In this document: in pieces, positions 9,778 through 19,843 of the stretch
Layout: each line of letters starts with the position of its first letter
Position numbering within the stretch: the stretch's first letter is position 1
From: Oceanispirochaeta sp.
GTDB taxonomy: Bacteria > Spirochaetota > Spirochaetia > DSM-2461
Assembly (NCBI GenBank): GCA_963666275.2
Contig: CAXXOA010000002.1
Span: forward strand, 1,056,001 to 1,120,000
Direction of reading: 5' to 3'
Length of the DNA stretch: 64,000 nt
Position numbers and translations under genes: made by a program
The notes under the pieces: generated by a model
What the model saw: the letters and a program-made list of their open reading frames with translations, nothing else
What the model was told of the DNA's origin: nothing
Database searches by the model: none

Positions 9778-10884
9778 ATGAGATTATCTAAGAAGCTAGC
9801 ATTAGCATTTTTGGCTGTTGCAGTAATTCTACCTACCTTAGGCTCATGTAAGAAAAAAGAGTCTGCAAAAGGTGGTGGGACACCTTACATCGCTGTTGTT
9901 TCAAAAGGGGAGCAGCATGACTTCTGGCAGCAGGTTAAACTGGGGTCAATGGATGCGGCTGAGAAATACAGTGTGGATGTAACTTTTGAAGGACCGCCCT
10001 CAGAAAGTGATGTCCAGATTCAGGTGGAAATGCTGAACAATGCCATGGCGAAAGCCCCGGTTGCAATCGCTCTTGCGGCGCTTGACACAACAGCAGTAAT
10101 GGATCAGCTCCAGCAGTGCAAAGACAACGGCGTTCCCGTTATCGGTTTCGACTCCGGTGTTCCCAATGCTCCTGCAGGATCTATCTATGCCAATGCTTCT
10201 ACTGACAACTTCAATGCTGCCGGTATGGCTGCTCAGGAGATGTTCAAAGTAATCAAAGCTGACATCGAAGCTGCTACTGCTGCAGCTCCTGTAAAAATTG
10301 TTGTTCTCAACCAGGATGCTTCAGGTGAATCTCTCCTGAGTCGTGGAAAAGGTTTCAGAGACACAATGGTTGACCTGATCGTTAAAAATACCGCTATGAG
10401 CGAAGCTGACATCAAAGTTATGGGTAACCCCGGATACATCGATGCCAAAAACCCCACCAGCGGTGACAAAGTAATGATCGAAATGGTTGTTCCTGCTTCT
10501 GCAGCCAACACCGACGCTATGGCTTCTGCTTCTGCTGTTCTCAACAAAGTAGCAGACGACAATGTTCTCGGTATCTTCTGCTCTAACGAAGCAACTGTAA
10601 AAGGTCTTCTGGCAGCTACCAATGACGGTGCTGATCTGCCCGCGAAATATCCCGGTCTGATCGCTATCGGATTTGATGCCGGTGAAGGACAGAAAAATGC
10701 CGTAAGAAACGAGTACTTCCTCGGTTCTATCACTCAGGATCCCTATTCCATCGGATACAAAGCTGTTGAACTGGCTTTCATGGCTTACGAAGGAAAACCT
10801 GTTTCTGACGTGGACACCGGTGCAAAATTCTACACCAAAGACAATATGGATGACGCTGATATCGCCGGACTTCTGTACGACTGA
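9778..10884 (+). CDS. Sugar ABC transporter substrate-binding lipoprotein
   Basis: LGSC lipobox; VSKG..HDFWQQVK, GVPVIGFDSG, STDN, IGFDAG, ITQDPYSIGY motifs. Confidence 0.92.
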   Translation: MRLSKKLALAFLAVAVILPTLGSCKKKESAKGGGTPYIAVVSKGEQHDFWQQVKLGSMDAAEKYSVDVTFEGPPSESDVQIQVEMLNNAMAKAPVAIALAALDTTAVMDQLQQCKDNGVPVIGFDSGVPNAPAGSIYANASTDNFNAAGMAAQEMFKVIKADIEAATAAAPVKIVVLNQDASGESLLSRGKGFRDTMVDLIVKNTAMSEADIKVMGNPGYIDAKNPTSGDKVMIEMVVPASAANTDAMASASAVLNKVADDNVLGIFCSNEATVKGLLAATNDGADLPAKYPGLIAIGFDAGEGQKNAVRNEYFLGSITQDPYSIGYKAVELAFMAYEGKPVSDVDTGAKFYTKDNMDDADIAGLLYD

Positions 10885-10914
10885 TATCTGCTGATTGGTA
10901 CATAAGTATTATAG

Positions 10915-10941
10915 GGGGCTCCGATGGAGCCCCTTTTTTTT
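10915..10941 (+). terminator. Rho-independent terminator
   Basis: GGGGCTCC-GAT-GGAGCCCC followed by T8. Confidence 0.9.
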
Positions 10942-10949
10942 CGTCCGAA

Positions 10950-10968
10950 ATTTCCCAATGTGGGAAAT
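10950..10968. promoter_or_regulatory. Palindrome, candidate operator upstream of the flavin reductase
   Basis: ATTTCCCA-ATG-TGGGAAAT perfect inverted repeat. Confidence 0.4.
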
Positions 10969-11051
10969 CCTGAAAATTTCACACTCAACTCTCCCATTCA
11001 TTACGGTAGAATCTCGTTAGATATTAATATATCGATAAATGGAGAACGAAT

Positions 11052-12809
11052 ATGAAGAAGTTTTTAAAAGTGCTGTTTTGGGCTGCGGCTGTTTTAAGCC
11101 TGTTTTCCTGCAAGGAAAAAACCGTGGGAGCCGATGGCGTCTATAAGGCCGAGTCTATGGGATTTCACGGGCCGGTTTCTCTGGAAGTTGAGATTGGCGA
11201 AGGAAAGATTCAGGACATCAGAATTCTGGAAAGCTTTGAGTCCGAAGGTCTGGGTGATGTAGCTTTTGACAAAATTACAGAACAGGTTCTGGAAAACCAG
11301 AGTCTGAATATCGATTCGATCAGTGGAGCCACTTTCAGCGCCTGGGCTGTTCGTAATGCCATTCAATCGGCTTTGGAGAGTGCAGGGGCAGACATTGAAG
11401 CCCTCATGTCCAGGGAAATTCCAAAAGAGACGGAGCCTTTGAACCTGGAAGCCGATGTGGTTGTTTTAGGGTCTGGTGCGGCTGGAATGTCGGCTGCTAT
11501 TGAAGCAGCAAAGGCGGGAGCAAAGGTAATTGTTCTGGAAAAGCTGAGTCGAACAGGCGGTTCTTCTCTCACATCCAGCGGAATGGTTCTGGCCGGAGGA
11601 TCCGCTTTTCAGAAAGCTGCAGGCATTGAAGATTCTCCTGAGGCGCTGCGTCAGTACTGGATTGACCGGGCTGGAGGGAATGCGGATGTCAATCTGATCA
11701 ACTATGCGGCATCCAATGCTCTGGAATCCCTGCAGTTCCTGGTGGACATGGGAATCAGTTATACGAAAGATTTTATCCTTACTTCAGGAACACAGACCGT
11801 CCGGAGAGCTCATCTCCCTCCTGGATATGGCAGAGAGTTCATGGGTAAAGTCATTGCTGCGGCAGAAAACCTTGATGTGGATATCTATACAGATACAAGA
11901 GCTATGAGTCTCAGCATGGAAAATGGTGAAGTGAAAGGTGTAAAAGCCGATAGGAACGGAGCGGAAGTCACAGTTGAATCCAGGGCCGTCATCATTGCAA
12001 CAGGCGGCTTTGATCATAATGAAGAACTGAAAGCCCTATATGCTCCTGAAGCTGTCGGAGCATGGGCTGTTTCTGCCCCTCAAAATACCGGTGACGGACT
12101 GATCATAGGGATGGATGCCGGTGCTGATACTGTGTTTAAAGGCGGAGTCATCGGTTGGAAAGTCGTATCTCCCCGGTATGGCCATACCACAATGATAGGA
12201 CGGCCTATTTACGGGCTTCCCAATCTGATTGTTGACAGCAGAGGCGAGCGGTTTGTTGATGAAAGTCTGGACTATCCCTTCATTTTCAATGCCATGGCTG
12301 CCAATGGAAGTGATAAGTTTTATTTTATATTTGACAGTAATGCCGGGGCAACTGAAACACTGGAAGCTGCAACCGGGACTCTGGAGTCCCTGGAAATGGC
12401 TGTAGAGGCAAACGTTGCTTTTAAGGCTGATTCCATTGAATCCCTTGCGGAAACGGCAAGTCTTCCCGGGCTTGCAGAAGCGGCATCTGACTTTAATGCG
12501 GCCTTTTTAAGGGGTGAGGATTCTGAATTCGGAAGAAATACTTCCACAATGGAAGAAATCAGTGAGGGTCCCTATTATGCTCTTCAGTGTCAGACAGCTA
12601 CTTTGGGAACCTTCGGCGGACTGAAGGTGAACGTGGAAGGGGAAGTCCTTGATAAATCCGGACAGCCTATCCCGGGTCTTTATGCTGCGGGAGAAGTGGC
12701 TAACGGGGATTTTTTCAGTGAAATATATCCTGCCAGCGGTTCCTCTCTCGGCATGAGTGTTATATTTGGCCGAAAATCGGGAATGTCCGCTGCAGCGTAT
12801 ATAAAATAG
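11052..12809 (+). CDS. Lipoprotein flavin oxidoreductase: FMN_bind domain + FAD_binding_2 (flavocytochrome c / KstD-like)
   Basis: LFSC lipobox; DSISGAT flavinylation motif; VVVLGSGAAG FAD motif; IATGGF; GLYAAGE. Confidence 0.88.
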   Translation: MKKFLKVLFWAAAVLSLFSCKEKTVGADGVYKAESMGFHGPVSLEVEIGEGKIQDIRILESFESEGLGDVAFDKITEQVLENQSLNIDSISGATFSAWAVRNAIQSALESAGADIEALMSREIPKETEPLNLEADVVVLGSGAAGMSAAIEAAKAGAKVIVLEKLSRTGGSSLTSSGMVLAGGSAFQKAAGIEDSPEALRQYWIDRAGGNADVNLINYAASNALESLQFLVDMGISYTKDFILTSGTQTVRRAHLPPGYGREFMGKVIAAAENLDVDIYTDTRAMSLSMENGEVKGVKADRNGAEVTVESRAVIIATGGFDHNEELKALYAPEAVGAWAVSAPQNTGDGLIIGMDAGADTVFKGGVIGWKVVSPRYGHTTMIGRPIYGLPNLIVDSRGERFVDESLDYPFIFNAMAANGSDKFYFIFDSNAGATETLEAATGTLESLEMAVEANVAFKADSIESLAETASLPGLAEAASDFNAAFLRGEDSEFGRNTSTMEEISEGPYYALQCQTATLGTFGGLKVNVEGEVLDKSGQPIPGLYAAGEVANGDFFSEIYPASGSSLGMSVIFGRKSGMSAAAYIK

Positions 12810-12826
12810 CAATATAATTCTGGTAT

Positions 12827-13843
12827 ATGGGGTCAAAAAAGCGAACGACCATATCAGATATTGCCAGGTTGACCGGGGTTTCCCGGTCAACTGTATCGCG
12901 GGTTATAACAGGAAAAGGATATGTGAGCCCGCATAGCAAAACTCTGGTATTGGATACTTTGAATAAATTGAATTACCTTCCTCAGAAAAAACACAAATCC
13001 AAAGGGGTTGGTGATCTTGTAATGATTGTATCAGGCCTATTGATGAGTCCTGTTCAGATCACAATTATTGAGAGTATTATTTCTACTCTGGATAAAGCCG
13101 GTTTGAAAGCTATGGTTTCCTATAACCAGTTTGATCCCCATCGGATGGAGGAGTATCTGGCCTATGCGGGAGAACGCCACTTTGCCGGCATAATACTGCT
13201 GGGGATTCTGGAAAGTCCCGGTGTATTACGGCAGTTGAAAAGGATGGATATCCCTGTTGTTATTCTGAATCAGGAAATCCAGGGCGTTCAAGGGGATCTC
13301 ATAATGCTGGATGACTATAAAGGTGGTTATATGGCTGCCGACTGTCTGATTCAGAAGGGGCACAAACGGATCGGTCTTCTCATGGGTTATGCTGACGCGA
13401 AAGCAGCAAAGAACAGGGAGCGCGGAATCCGTGATGCCCTGGAAAATGCCGGAATTGAATTGAAGGGCTCGGATGTCCATTACGGTGATTTCACTCAGAA
13501 AAGCGGGATAGATTACGCTGATATGCTGTTAAGACAGAAAAGCAGTATTACCGGTATCATCTCCTGCAATGATCTTATGTCTGCAGGGCTTATCTACCGG
13601 TTAACCCAGGCATCATCCAGAATACCTCTGGATTTCAGCATCATTGGTTTTGACAGCACTTTTGTAACCGGATCCTCCCGTATCAAGCTTGTTTCCATAC
13701 ATTATGATTTTCAGAGCATCGGTCAGGCCGCTGCCGAATTCGTTGTAAAAAGAAATCAGGAACCCTATGGGGAGCCCGGCAGGATAGTGTTTCCACCTGT
13801 TCTAATAGAAGGTAATACTGTTTCCGCTCCCCGAGGATGCTGA
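12827..13843 (+). CDS. LacI family transcriptional regulator
   Basis: TISDIARLTGVSRSTVSRVI HTH followed by a periplasmic-binding-type effector domain (CNDLMS, SIIGFD). Confidence 0.92.
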   Translation: MGSKKRTTISDIARLTGVSRSTVSRVITGKGYVSPHSKTLVLDTLNKLNYLPQKKHKSKGVGDLVMIVSGLLMSPVQITIIESIISTLDKAGLKAMVSYNQFDPHRMEEYLAYAGERHFAGIILLGILESPGVLRQLKRMDIPVVILNQEIQGVQGDLIMLDDYKGGYMAADCLIQKGHKRIGLLMGYADAKAAKNRERGIRDALENAGIELKGSDVHYGDFTQKSGIDYADMLLRQKSSITGIISCNDLMSAGLIYRLTQASSRIPLDFSIIGFDSTFVTGSSRIKLVSIHYDFQSIGQAAAEFVVKRNQEPYGEPGRIVFPPVLIEGNTVSAPRGC

Positions 13844-13958
13844 TTCTTTAAAATGGATATGCCGTTCTCTGACCGGGTTTCGAGCACAGCAAGCAGGAGA
13901 GAGGCCTTTTTCAAACAGACCTCTTTGATTTCTCTTCTCATTGATGTCGTTAGAATAT

Positions 13959-13992
13959 AAAAAAGGCGACTGAGTTTACTGACAGCCGCCTT
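13959..13992 (-). terminator. Rho-independent terminator of the uxa operon
   Basis: Minus strand AAGGCGGCTG...CAGTCGCCTT-TTTT just downstream of the uxaC stop. Confidence 0.75.
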
Positions 13993-14015
13993 GAATCCTA
14001 TATAGATCCGATTTT

Positions 14016-15410
14016 TCAGAATCCGAAATAGCTGTTGGCGTTGCGGAAACTGATGTCCTCCACCATGGCTCCCACCAGATCAAAGTCCAGGGGGATCAGG
14101 CCTTGTTCCATATCCTTACCCAGGACATTGCAGAGAATCCGTCTGAAATACTCATGTCTGGTGTAGGAGAGGAAAGACCGGCTGTCTGTGAGCATTCCCA
14201 CAAAACGGCGGAACAGTCCCAGCTGGGAAAGGGCTTCCATCTGACGCTCCATCCCGTCTTTCTGGTCCAGGAACCACCATCCTGAGCCCATCTGAATCTT
14301 CCCGGCGACGCTGCCGTCCTGAAAGTTGCCCAGCATGGTGGCGATCACCTCGTTGTCCCGGGGGTTCAGATTGTAGATAATGGTTTTGGGGAGTTTGTCC
14401 TCCCTGTCGAGCAGATCCAGGTAGGCCGCCAGGGGGCGGGCAAAGTTCTGGTCGTCAATGGAGTCGAATCCCGTATCGGGGCCCAGCTGTTTGAACAGGC
14501 GGGAATTGTTGCTTCTCAGCGCTCCGATATGAAGCTGCTTTGTCCAGCCCTTCTCCGCATCCATCCGGCCGAACTCCAGCATCATGGCAGTTTTGAACTT
14601 ATCCGCTTCTTCGGGAGTGACCGCACCGCCGGCTCTGGCCCTGTCAAAAATGGCTGTGATCTCCTGATCTGTAAAGGGAGAGGCGTAGACCGTATCCAGT
14701 CCATGGTCGGACAGGCGGCATCCCGCATCGTGGAAGTACTGATGTCTCAGGCGCAGGGCTTCAATCAGGGAGGGGTAGGAGTCTATGGATATATCTGACA
14801 CTTCGGAAAGCCGGTTCAGATAGTCGTTCCAGAAGTCCTTGTCTACGGCCATGGCTTTATCGGGACGCCATGTGGGGAGGATCTTTACGGCAAATCCCTC
14901 TTCCGCCAGGGCTTTATGGTGCTCCAGGCTGTCGATGGGGTCATCGGTTGTACAGGAGGCCACCACTTTGCTGTCTGTCATCAGTTTACGGGCGGACAGG
15001 CCGCCTGTGAGAACCTCTGAGGTTCTGTTCCAGACCTCCTCCGCTGTATCCCCTGAGAGCAGCACGTCGTCAATGCCGAAGTACCGGGCCAGTTCCAGAT
15101 GGCTCCAGTGGTACATGGGATTCCTCAGCAGGTAGGGCATGGTTTCGGCGAATTTCTGAAACTTCTCCCTGTCGGACCGGCTTCCGGTGCAGAACTCTTC
15201 TGCAATCCCGTTGCTCCGCATGGTTCTCCATTTATAGTGATCCCCGTAGAGCCAGACCTTTGTTATATTGTCCCAGCTGATATCGTCCCGGATCTCTTTA
15301 GGATTGAGATGGCAGTGGTAATCTATGATAGGCTGGTGCTCCGCATAATCATGATACAGTTTTACGGCAAAAGGATTTTCCAGCAGAAAATCTTCATTGA
15401 TGAATTTCAT
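14016..15410 (-). CDS. uxaC: Glucuronate/galacturonate (uronate) isomerase
   Basis: IIDYHCH, GDHYKWR, CTTDDP, GSGWWFLDQ, LTDSRSFLSY. Start reassigned to ATG 15410 (MKFINEDFLL) after GGAG. Confidence 0.96.
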   Translation of the reverse strand: MKFINEDFLLENPFAVKLYHDYAEHQPIIDYHCHLNPKEIRDDISWDNITKVWLYGDHYKWRTMRSNGIAEEFCTGSRSDREKFQKFAETMPYLLRNPMYHWSHLELARYFGIDDVLLSGDTAEEVWNRTSEVLTGGLSARKLMTDSKVVASCTTDDPIDSLEHHKALAEEGFAVKILPTWRPDKAMAVDKDFWNDYLNRLSEVSDISIDSYPSLIEALRLRHQYFHDAGCRLSDHGLDTVYASPFTDQEITAIFDRARAGGAVTPEEADKFKTAMMLEFGRMDAEKGWTKQLHIGALRSNNSRLFKQLGPDTGFDSIDDQNFARPLAAYLDLLDREDKLPKTIIYNLNPRDNEVIATMLGNFQDGSVAGKIQMGSGWWFLDQKDGMERQMEALSQLGLFRRFVGMLTDSRSFLSYTRHEYFRRILCNVLGKDMEQGLIPLDFDLVGAMVEDISFRNANSYFGF

Positions 15411-15455
15411 ATTTATCTCCCATGTTTTATTGAGCATCCCCGGTGGGATGTTTCT

Positions 15456-16961
15456 TTACAGAGTCACACCATCTTTGAAAATGGCAATTTCCCGAATCCC
15501 GCTTTTTTCGGCTGCGGTCTGTTCCCCGTTAACGACTTTCAGGATCTTATCCAGCAGAAGTTCCGTTGCTTCCGCCATATCGGAAGAGCCGTCCCCGATG
15601 ATCCCCGCATTAAAGTCGATCCACTTCTTTTTGTGTTCTGCCAGGGCGGTGTTGCTTGCAATTTTCAGAGTCGGGATGAATCCGCCCAGGGGGGTTCCCC
15701 GGCCGGTGGAAAAGAGGACAATCTGACATCCCGCCGTTCCCAGGGCTGTGGTGGCGACAATGTCATTGCCCGGGGCATACAGAAGGTTCAGTCCCTTCCT
15801 GCTGACCCGGCTGTCCATTTTTACAACATCCAGGATCTCCGACTTTCCGGATTTTCTGATACATCCCAGGGATTTATCCTCCAGAGTGGTAATCCCTCCG
15901 GCCTTGTTGCCCGGGGAAGGGTTCTCATAGACAGGCTGGTTATGGTCCTGATAGTACTTTTTGTAGCTCTCTATCATGTCTTTGGTTTTTTCGAAAACAG
16001 ATTCATCCGCGCACTGTTTCATAAGGACATTTTCGGCTCCGAACATCTCCGGTACCTCTGTGAGAACAGCGGTTCCCCCGGACTTTATAATTCTGTCGGA
16101 GACAGATCCGATCAGAGGATTGGCTGTTATACCGGAAAAGGCATCGGATCCGCCGCACTCCAGTCCCACAACAAGATCCGACCAGGAGCAGTCTGTCCGG
16201 CTGTCTCCTGAAGCCGCCTCCAGAAGTTCTTCCAGACAGGCTATGCCCGCCTCGATTTCATCTTCCACGTTCTGAGCCGCCAGGTACCGGATCCTTTCGG
16301 GGTCCGGCTCTTCGGGCATGGTCTCCCGGAAGGCCTTGATCTGATTGTTTTCACATCCCAGCCCCAGTACCAGGACTCCCCCCGCATTGGGATGAAGAGC
16401 CATGTTCTGCAGCAGACTGCGGGTCCTTTCGTGGTCATCTCCCAGCTGGGAACAGCCGTAGGGATGGGTAAAACAGTAGACGCCGTCAATACCGGCCAGT
16501 CCTTCCTGCCCCTTCCGCATCAGAAACTGCTGCAGGATCTGCTGGGCTGTTCCATTGACGCATCCCACGGTCGGGAGGATCCACAGTTCATTGCGGATAC
16601 CGGCTTTTCCGTTTTTCCGTTTGAATAAACGGGGAACCGATACAAGGGGGCTTATTTCTGAGCTGCCTTTTTCCGGTTCATATCGGTACTCGGTTTTCTC
16701 GGACAGACCGGTTTTGATATTGTGTACATGCACATGTTCACCGATCTGTATCTCCTTTCGGGCATAACCGATGACGGCGCCGTATTTCAGTACAGCTTCG
16801 CCTTCTTTTATGATCTTTACCGCAACTTTATGACCTTTGGGGATATCATTCAGGACCCTGATGGTATCCGGGCCGGCGGCTACCGCCGCGCCGGACTCCA
16901 GATCCGAGAAAGTGATTCCCACATTATCTTTTTCATCTAGAAAAAACAGTTCGGGATTCAA
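15456..16961 (-). CDS. uxaA: Altronate dehydratase
   Basis: SAF domain (IPKGHKVA, KYG), PTVGCVN, HPYGCSQLG, LGCENN, CGGSD, SPGNKAGG. Confidence 0.93.
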   Translation of the reverse strand: MNPELFFLDEKDNVGITFSDLESGAAVAAGPDTIRVLNDIPKGHKVAVKIIKEGEAVLKYGAVIGYARKEIQIGEHVHVHNIKTGLSEKTEYRYEPEKGSSEISPLVSVPRLFKRKNGKAGIRNELWILPTVGCVNGTAQQILQQFLMRKGQEGLAGIDGVYCFTHPYGCSQLGDDHERTRSLLQNMALHPNAGGVLVLGLGCENNQIKAFRETMPEEPDPERIRYLAAQNVEDEIEAGIACLEELLEAASGDSRTDCSWSDLVVGLECGGSDAFSGITANPLIGSVSDRIIKSGGTAVLTEVPEMFGAENVLMKQCADESVFEKTKDMIESYKKYYQDHNQPVYENPSPGNKAGGITTLEDKSLGCIRKSGKSEILDVVKMDSRVSRKGLNLLYAPGNDIVATTALGTAGCQIVLFSTGRGTPLGGFIPTLKIASNTALAEHKKKWIDFNAGIIGDGSSDMAEATELLLDKILKVVNGEQTAAEKSGIREIAIFKDGVTL

Positions 16962-18439
16962 AGGTATTCCTCCAGTGTGGCGGCCATGCCGTTGGTGATG
17001 ATCTTATAAATATCTTCTCCCACTTTCCTGTGAAGTCCTTCCAGGCTTTTAAGGGAAACTCCCCAGTGGTCGTCCAGAGAGAGGATCCGGTCTGCTATCG
17101 CCATGGCATCCTCTATGGAGGCGGGATCTTCCGCCCATAGTTCTTCATAAAGGTCCAGGAAGGGTTTGTCATCGTTCACAGGATACTCTTTTCCGTCCAG
17201 GGTCCCTCTGTAGAAACAGATCAGCGCCGCCAGAGAAAGAGACATCAGCGGGGGTACAGAGGCGTTGGATTTATAATATTCCAGGAACTGCGGGAGCAGA
17301 CGGGTTTTGAATTTGGTCATGGAATTCAGTGAGATGGAAAGGAGCTGATGGTTGATAAAGGGGTTTCTGAACCGGCCCAGTACTGTTTCAGCATAGTCTT
17401 TCAGGTAATCCTCAGGCATACCCAGATTGGGGATAATCTCCCTGTCCAGCAGGTTCTGAATGAACGCGGCGAGCTCTTTATTTTCCACAGCATCCTTCAC
17501 AAGCTCAATGCCGCACAGGTAGGCCACCGGAACCAGGGCTGTATGACAACCGTTGAGGATGCCGACTTTTCTCTGTTTGTAGGGTTTCAGATCTTCTACA
17601 AGCTTGATATTCAGGCCGCTGCCTTCCAGTTTCAGTTCTTTTCCAACAGATTCAGGTCCCTGAATTACGAAGAGATGGAAGTACTCGCCGGTGGTGATGA
17701 AATTGTCTTTGTAACCCAGCTCTTTCTCCAGTTCTTCCACTTCATCCCGGGGGTATCCTGTGACGATCCGGTCAACCAGGGTGGAACAGAAAGTGTTGTG
17801 ATTTTCAAGCCACGAGACAAACCCGGGTTCCAGGTTCCAGAGGGCCGCGTATTTAAGAACTATTTCCTTCAGTGCGTCTCCGTTGTAGTCAATCAGTTCA
17901 CAGGGGATCAGGATAAATCCGGAATCCGCAGAACCGCCGAATTTTTTAAATCTCTCATGGAGAAAACGGGTCAGTTTGCCCGGGTAGGCCGACTGGGGAC
18001 GATCTTCGTATTTGTCGTCGGGATTGTAGGCGATTCCCGCTTCGGTCGTATTGGAAACGATAAACCGCAGCTGGGGATTCTCCGCCTGGGAGAGAAACTC
18101 ATCATACTCTTTGTAGATGGGAATCTCCCGGTTGATACAGGAAATCAGGCGTTTCTCGTTTTTCAGTTCCCCCTGGTCATCGTATCCCCGTATGATAGAG
18201 GTATAAATCCCGTCCTGGGTGTCCAGCAGAGGGGGGAAGTCTGTATCGATGGGACGGACGACCACTACACCTGCATCCAGACCGTTTTTCTCGTTCAGGA
18301 TATCCACCTGCCAGTCGATGAAACAGCGGAGGAAGTTCCCTTCTCCGAACTGGAGGATCTTTACCGGCCGTTCCTGCTTTGTACAGCCGAATTCCGCAGC
18401 TGTCGATCTATTCATTGCTTTGCCTGTTGTATTGCTCAT
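16958..18439 (-). CDS. uxaB: Tagaturonate reductase (altronate oxidoreductase)
   Basis: QFGEGNFLR, SNTTEAGI, PCELI, TLVDRIVTG, RFRNPF, ISLNS; adjacent to uxaA and uxaC. Confidence 0.94.
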   Translation of the reverse strand: MSNTTGKAMNRSTAAEFGCTKQERPVKILQFGEGNFLRCFIDWQVDILNEKNGLDAGVVVVRPIDTDFPPLLDTQDGIYTSIIRGYDDQGELKNEKRLISCINREIPIYKEYDEFLSQAENPQLRFIVSNTTEAGIAYNPDDKYEDRPQSAYPGKLTRFLHERFKKFGGSADSGFILIPCELIDYNGDALKEIVLKYAALWNLEPGFVSWLENHNTFCSTLVDRIVTGYPRDEVEELEKELGYKDNFITTGEYFHLFVIQGPESVGKELKLEGSGLNIKLVEDLKPYKQRKVGILNGCHTALVPVAYLCGIELVKDAVENKELAAFIQNLLDREIIPNLGMPEDYLKDYAETVLGRFRNPFINHQLLSISLNSMTKFKTRLLPQFLEYYKSNASVPPLMSLSLAALICFYRGTLDGKEYPVNDDKPFLDLYEELWAEDPASIEDAMAIADRILSLDDHWGVSLKSLEGLHRKVGEDIYKIITNGMAATLEEYL

Positions 18440-18479
18440 TTCATACTCCTATCTAATATCCTATGTATATAAAGGGGAC

Positions 18480-19220
18480 TCATTCCCCCTGATCTCCTGA
18501 AAATACTCTCTTCATGGCCCAGTTCCTGTGCTGAACCATTTCCGCTTCCGCCTGATCCGCATCGCCCTGACGGATGGCTTCGAGAATCCGGATATGTTCC
18601 ATGGGGATCCGGGAGAAATCCTTGTCTTTCTGTTTCAGATGAGGCTGATCCTGCATGACAATCCGGGGGGTCAGCTGGCTGAAAAGGGATACAAGGACAT
18701 GGTTCCCCGTGGCATGGGCTATGGCCAGGTGGAAAAGATAGTCCTCTTCCAGGTAATCTTCCTTGCCGTAGAACCGGGCAAGAAACTCCTCCTGCCTCTG
18801 TTCTATCAGTTCCAGATCGGCGGGAGTTCTTCTTTCCGCCGCCAGTCTGGCGCACTGGACATCCAGGATAAACCGGGCTTCCATCAGATCCGCCATTTTC
18901 TGATCCCTGCTCACCGGTATCGACTGCATCAGCTGTTCCACTGTTCCGCTGTGCATATTGGCAATCCGTGTACCGCTCTGGGGAGATATCTCCACAAGAC
19001 CGTAGAAGTCCAGTTTCTGAAGAGCTTTCCTTATGGTTCCCCTGGTGGTCTCCAGCTTCTCCGCCAGTGCTCTTTCCGAGGGGAGTCTGGCTCCCGGCTG
19101 AAGCTGCCCCGAGACGACAAGCTCCCGTATTCTGGAAAGGATAAAATCCTCAGGTTCCCTGTCTTTGCTGCTGTTTTCAAAAAGTTCCAGAGATACTGCC
19201 GTATTTTTTTCTGATTCCAT
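18480..19220 (-). CDS. GntR/FadR family regulator (UxuR/ExuR-like)
   Basis: LQPGARLPSERALA HTH; FCD domain (DYLFHLAIA...EHIRILEAI); in the uxa operon. Confidence 0.9.
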   Translation of the reverse strand: MESEKNTAVSLELFENSSKDREPEDFILSRIRELVVSGQLQPGARLPSERALAEKLETTRGTIRKALQKLDFYGLVEISPQSGTRIANMHSGTVEQLMQSIPVSRDQKMADLMEARFILDVQCARLAAERRTPADLELIEQRQEEFLARFYGKEDYLEEDYLFHLAIAHATGNHVLVSLFSQLTPRIVMQDQPHLKQKDKDFSRIPMEHIRILEAIRQGDADQAEAEMVQHRNWAMKRVFSGDQGE

Positions 19221-19229
19221 CGAGTCCTC

Positions 19230-19823
19230 TTATTTCTTCTCTTCCGGCTGCTTTTCGCGGTTTTGTTTTATCGGGGCGGTGCTGTTTCCTGTACGGGAAG
19301 GGGACAATACCCATCGTCCTTCGGGCGCAGCCGATTGAACATACTCCCAGAAGTCATCTCCGGTGATCCCTTCCTGCAGGTCTCTTTCCGGCAGGATAAA
19401 AGCCCTTGAAGGGTTGATATAGAGGAAGAAATAGTTTTTATATCTGTAAATTCTATAGATCGAAGTCCATTCCAGAGACTGCCTTTCCTTCTGGTTTGCC
19501 ACTTCAATCCTCTTATTTTCAAAGCTGATGGTGTATACAAGACGCTTCTGATCCAGGTGATTCACCCTGATCTGGTTCCGCAGACTGATTCTGAAATACA
19601 CAAGGTAGAGGAGTGGCGCAGCCAGCGCAATGATCAGAAAAAGCGCGAAAAGGAAGGCGCTTCCGGTAACCAGATTCAAAACGGCGAAACCCGCTATAAC
19701 GAGGGGGAACATTATCAGACTTATCCAGCGGCGCTGAAAAAGAAAGCTGTTGAAAAAAGCAAAATCCCGAAAAATTTCAGCATCCATATGGCTCTTGAAC
19801 TTATAATTGTTATCCTTTTCCAA
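19230..19823 (-). CDS. YcxB-like 2-TM membrane protein
   Basis: Two TM helices, then a WTSIYRI...FFLYI...AFILP C-terminal pattern. Start likely TTG at 19823 after AGGGAG. Confidence 0.7.
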   Translation of the reverse strand: MEKDNNYKFKSHMDAEIFRDFAFFNSFLFQRRWISLIMFPLVIAGFAVLNLVTGSAFLFALFLIIALAAPLLYLVYFRISLRNQIRVNHLDQKRLVYTISFENKRIEVANQKERQSLEWTSIYRIYRYKNYFFLYINPSRAFILPERDLQEGITGDDFWEYVQSAAPEGRWVLSPSRTGNSTAPIKQNREKQPEEKK

Positions 19824-19843
19824 TAGAAATACTCCCTGAAAAT

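Noticed and set aside
11052..12809. Fumarate reductase call
   Set aside because: Catalytic His/Arg motifs are missing.
15099..18472. 370-aa and 374-aa plus-strand ORFs
   Set aside because: Antisense shadows of uxaC/uxaA and uxaB.
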